DNA from: a virus
Lineage: Duplodnaviria; Caudoviricetes
Virus record (IMG/VR): IMGVR_UViG_3300014203_000001
Coordinates: 128,001-192,000 of that record
Strand: one strand, 5' to 3'
Length of the DNA stretch: 64,000 nucleotides
Below are positions 61,476 through 64,000 of the stretch, piece after piece. Position 1 is the stretch's first letter. The number at the start of each line of letters is the position of its first letter. A model generated the notes under the pieces. That model was not told the origin of the DNA. It did no database searches and saw only the letters and a list, made by a program, of their open reading frames with translations. A program made the translations under genes and the position numbers.

Positions 61476-61904
61476 TTAAGAATGAAGTCCATTGTATGTT
61501 TCTATTGCTGCCCTTTCAGCATCATATATCATTGGTATATACTTTGCCATATCATCTTTATGCAGCATCTTAATACTGCTATTAGTAAACTCTTTCACAT
61601 CACACATATCGTTTATCATCAGAATTACATACCAAAGCTCTGTAGTATCATAGATATCAGATGATAATATCTTTGGTCTATAGAAGTACTTATTCTGTTC
61701 ACTCTCATTCAATACTACAACTTTAGCCACATTCTTAAGTTCAAAAAGATAATCGTTTAGAATATTCTTTACTGGAAATTCTATACCATTTCTCTTCTCT
61801 ATAAATGATAATTTAGGATATGTTATTACAGACGAATCTGCCATTGTGGATAGGAATTCACTAAGAGTATGTGCTTGTCTAGGATCTGTAACTATACCAG
61901 CCAT
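61476..61904 (-). CDS. baseplate wedge protein (T4 gp53/LysM-like)
   Basis: YRPK.LS.DIY...ELW.VIL.IN. Confidence 0.65.
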   Translation of the reverse strand: MAGIVTDPRQAHTLSEFLSTMADSSVITYPKLSFIEKRNGIEFPVKNILNDYLFELKNVAKVVVLNESEQNKYFYRPKILSSDIYDTTELWYVILMINDMCDVKEFTNSSIKMLHKDDMAKYIPMIYDAERAAIETYNGLHS

Positions 61905-62242
61905 TAGAATTCCCTCCCAACAATAATAGGTTTTGTTATATCGCCACTAGTAAACCCTACTATAAATCTAGTTCCTGGTGGTATGTATTTGGTAGGATAA
62001 TTAGCAGTTACCTCTTTGGGTATCTCTAGTTCTATCTCACTAGATGTTGTAGCTTCAGATACTGGAAGAATAGATGGATCTGCATTTAAAAGATGAGACG
62101 TACTAATCCTTTCAGTTTCTGTTGTAGTAGAGTTCTCTTGCAACCCAAGTATAGACTGTAGCCTAAACGTTTGAGTTCCAGGAGAATATTTGTTACAAGT
62201 CGTAAGTAATATAGCTACTTCGTTAGATAAAAAATCAGGCAT
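61904..62242 (-). CDS. baseplate-associated OB-fold-like protein
   Basis: IPPGTRFIVGF.SGD..KPII.G resembles gp5/VgrG OB folds; late promoter at 62311-62322. Confidence 0.5.
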   Translation of the reverse strand: MPDFLSNEVAILLTTCNKYSPGTQTFRLQSILGLQENSTTTETERISTSHLLNADPSILPVSEATTSSEIELEIPKEVTANYPTKYIPPGTRFIVGFTSGDITKPIIVGREF

Positions 62243-62272
62243 ATTTATTTACCCCCTTTAAGCAAATATGAT

Positions 62273-62322
62273 TATATATTATATAAGTGACAAGGAATTA
62301 ATCGTTAGATTAATTTACTGTT
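62273..62322. promoter_or_regulatory. face-to-face early (+) and late (-) promoters
   Basis: TATATATTATA-TAAG-TGA at 62273-62290 (+); AACA-GTAAAT-TA at 62322-62311 (-). Confidence 0.6.
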
Positions 62323-62346
62323 ATAAAATTCATTTTAAAGGGGATA

Positions 62347-62886
62347 GTGTATATGGCTAGAATAAGTGCTAAACGACAATTATTAGAAGAGCAACAGAGA
62401 TTATTAGAAGAACAAACTTTACAGAAAAACTCATTTGATTGTGCGAATTTCTTAATGCAACGAATGGAGTTAGAAGTAGATGATAAAACTGGTTTCCTCG
62501 CTAGATATAATGAAGATACTGAAGAATTATCTGAAATTATATTTGATGGTAAGAAATGTAAAGATTTAAGAGCACCTATAGATCCTAGAAAAGAAATGCC
62601 GTTTGATCCGTATAATAATATTAAGCTATGCTGTGGTTTATTACAGTACTATGTAAATGAATATATGGGCAAAGATACCCAAATTATGTATCTATCAAAC
62701 AAAACAAGTAACGACGAGGGTACTCTTACATTAGTATTTGAAAATGGTCAGAGTGTAATAGGAAATCCGTATAATAAGGATACCCTAAAATATATTGATA
62801 TGATTGTTCTGTTAGATGGAGGAAATGCCATTGATAATAGGACAATAAAAGGAATGGATGTAAATGCCAATACATTTAAACGATGA
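62347..62886 (+). CDS. early hypothetical protein
   Basis: RBS AAGGGG, early promoter. Confidence 0.7.
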   Translation: MYMARISAKRQLLEEQQRLLEEQTLQKNSFDCANFLMQRMELEVDDKTGFLARYNEDTEELSEIIFDGKKCKDLRAPIDPRKEMPFDPYNNIKLCCGLLQYYVNEYMGKDTQIMYLSNKTSNDEGTLTLVFENGQSVIGNPYNKDTLKYIDMIVLLDGGNAIDNRTIKGMDVNANTFKR

Positions 62887-64000
62887 GCAAGAGGATATTG
62901 TTAATAAAGCTATCGATTTTTATCTAAACAGTTCTGAGCTTGTATTCCAATTTGATGGAAAAGCAGGCACGGGTAAATCTGTAGTAATGAATGAAATATA
63001 CCGAAGGTTGAATCTTACCATGGCAGATATAGCTCCTATGAGTTACATAGGAGCTGCTGCTATTGTTATGAGACTAAAAGGTTTAACTAATGCCAAGACT
63101 ATACACTCTTGGCTCTTTGAGCCTAAGATCGTATATGATATGGAGAATATGGACAATTATCTAAACAAACCTAAAGCCCGTTTAATTTTTGTGCCTAAAC
63201 CATTAGGAAACAAGAAATTGATATTTATAGACGAGGCTGGTTCTGTTCCGTATTCATTAAAGAAAGAATTAGAATCTAGAGGAGTTAAAATAATAGCAGC
63301 AGGAGATCTGAATCAGCTTCCTCCTCCATGTGACAAACCAGCATATCTATATTCAGGTAAGGTGCATCATCTTAATCAAGTTATGAGGCAGAGTTCACAG
63401 AATGCTATTATATATTTAGCTAATAGAATCTTAGAAGGGTATTCTATAGAGCCAGGATTTTATGGTAATGTATATGCTTTATATGATAGTCAGCTTACGT
63501 CTGATATGATTTCTAATAGTCAAGTTATCGTATGCGGTAAGAATAAGACTAGGGATAAGTTTAATAAGTATATACGAAAGACATTCTTTAACATAGACTC
63601 GACTTTACCATCTCATGGCGAAAGAGTTGTATGCAGAAAGAATAACTGGAAAGTAGATGCTGATGGGATAAACTTAGCAAATGGATTAATAGGCACAGTA
63701 GCTAACTATCCTAGTGTATATGGGTTTAATGGTAAAACATTTGAAATAGACTTCAAACCAGATTTATTTGATGGGGTATTCGAATCTTTAGAATGTGACT
63801 TTAAGTACTTCAATGCTCCACACGATGAAAGAGATAAGATAAAGAAGAGTCCTTTTAGCGAAGGTGAAAAGTTTGAATTGGCATACGCTATTACAACTCA
63901 TATAGCTCAAGGTTCTCAGTATAGGAATGGTATATACTTTGAAGAGTACCTAAATAAGGCTATAAATAAGAACCTAAACTATACTGGGATAACACGTTTT
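62864..64000 (+). CDS. RecD/Dda-like SF1B helicase, runs off the window end
   Basis: Not in ORF track; GKAGTGKS, IDEAG, GD..QLPP, V.RQ, NG..G, AYAITTH..QGSQY, YTGITR. Confidence 0.9.
   Translation, partial: MPIHLNDEQEDIVNKAIDFYLNSSELVFQFDGKAGTGKSVVMNEIYRRLNLTMADIAPMSYIGAAAIVMRLKGLTNAKTIHSWLFEPKIVYDMENMDNYLNKPKARLIFVPKPLGNKKLIFIDEAGSVPYSLKKELESRGVKIIAAGDLNQLPPPCDKPAYLYSGKVHHLNQVMRQSSQNAIIYLANRILEGYSIEPGFYGNVYALYDSQLTSDMISNSQVIVCGKNKTRDKFNKYIRKTFFNIDSTLPSHGERVVCRKNNWKVDADGINLANGLIGTVANYPSVYGFNGKTFEIDFKPDLFDGVFESLECDFKYFNAPHDERDKIKKSPFSEGEKFELAYAITTHIAQGSQYRNGIYFEEYLNKAINKNLNYTGITRF

Noticed and set aside
810-61664. Many short antisense ORFs in the track (e.g. 810..1091, 14027..14335, 27834..28328, 37894..38280, 57230..57625)
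   Set aside because: Shadow frames of real genes with no RBS or promoter support
1-64000. CRISPR array, tRNA or rRNA genes
   Set aside because: No regularly spaced repeats or cloverleaf/T-loop signatures noticed by eye; the Cas4-like gene is a solo phage nuclease. tRNAscan-SE would confirm

Overview
AT-rich (about 30% GC by eye) 64-kb segment of a jumbo phage of the AR9/PBS1-phiKZ type, probably infecting a Firmicute (weak hints of a diderm Negativicute). It holds two split beta' subunits of phage multisubunit RNA polymerases, one interrupted by an ORF-less 483-nt group I intron. Replication and recombination genes include a DnaB-like helicase, an SbcD/Mre11-like nuclease, a Cas4-like PD-(D/E)XK nuclease and a RecD/Dda-like helicase. 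There are baseplate and other virion genes and two paralogous clusters of mosaic tail-fibre/adhesin genes. Mobile elements are a solitary TnpB with a detached omega-RNA and a free-standing endonuclease flanked by a 53-bp gene-end duplication. Early accessory islands carry SLOG, DUF488-like, a split NADAR, a clan-CD protease-like gene and small paralog families. Two promoter motifs can be read directly: 12 copies of ATATATTATA-N4-TG (early type, all + strand) and about 20 copies of (A)AC(A)-N6-TA (AR9 late type). Best leads: (1) TnpB under a phage late promoter whose predicted guide resembles that promoter; (2) an orphan late promoter driving a candidate small RNA; (3) a kinase / 2x DUF488-like / minimal polymerase operon; (4) a module-sharing receptor-binding protein network. 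All family calls come from motif recognition by eye; no database search was run.
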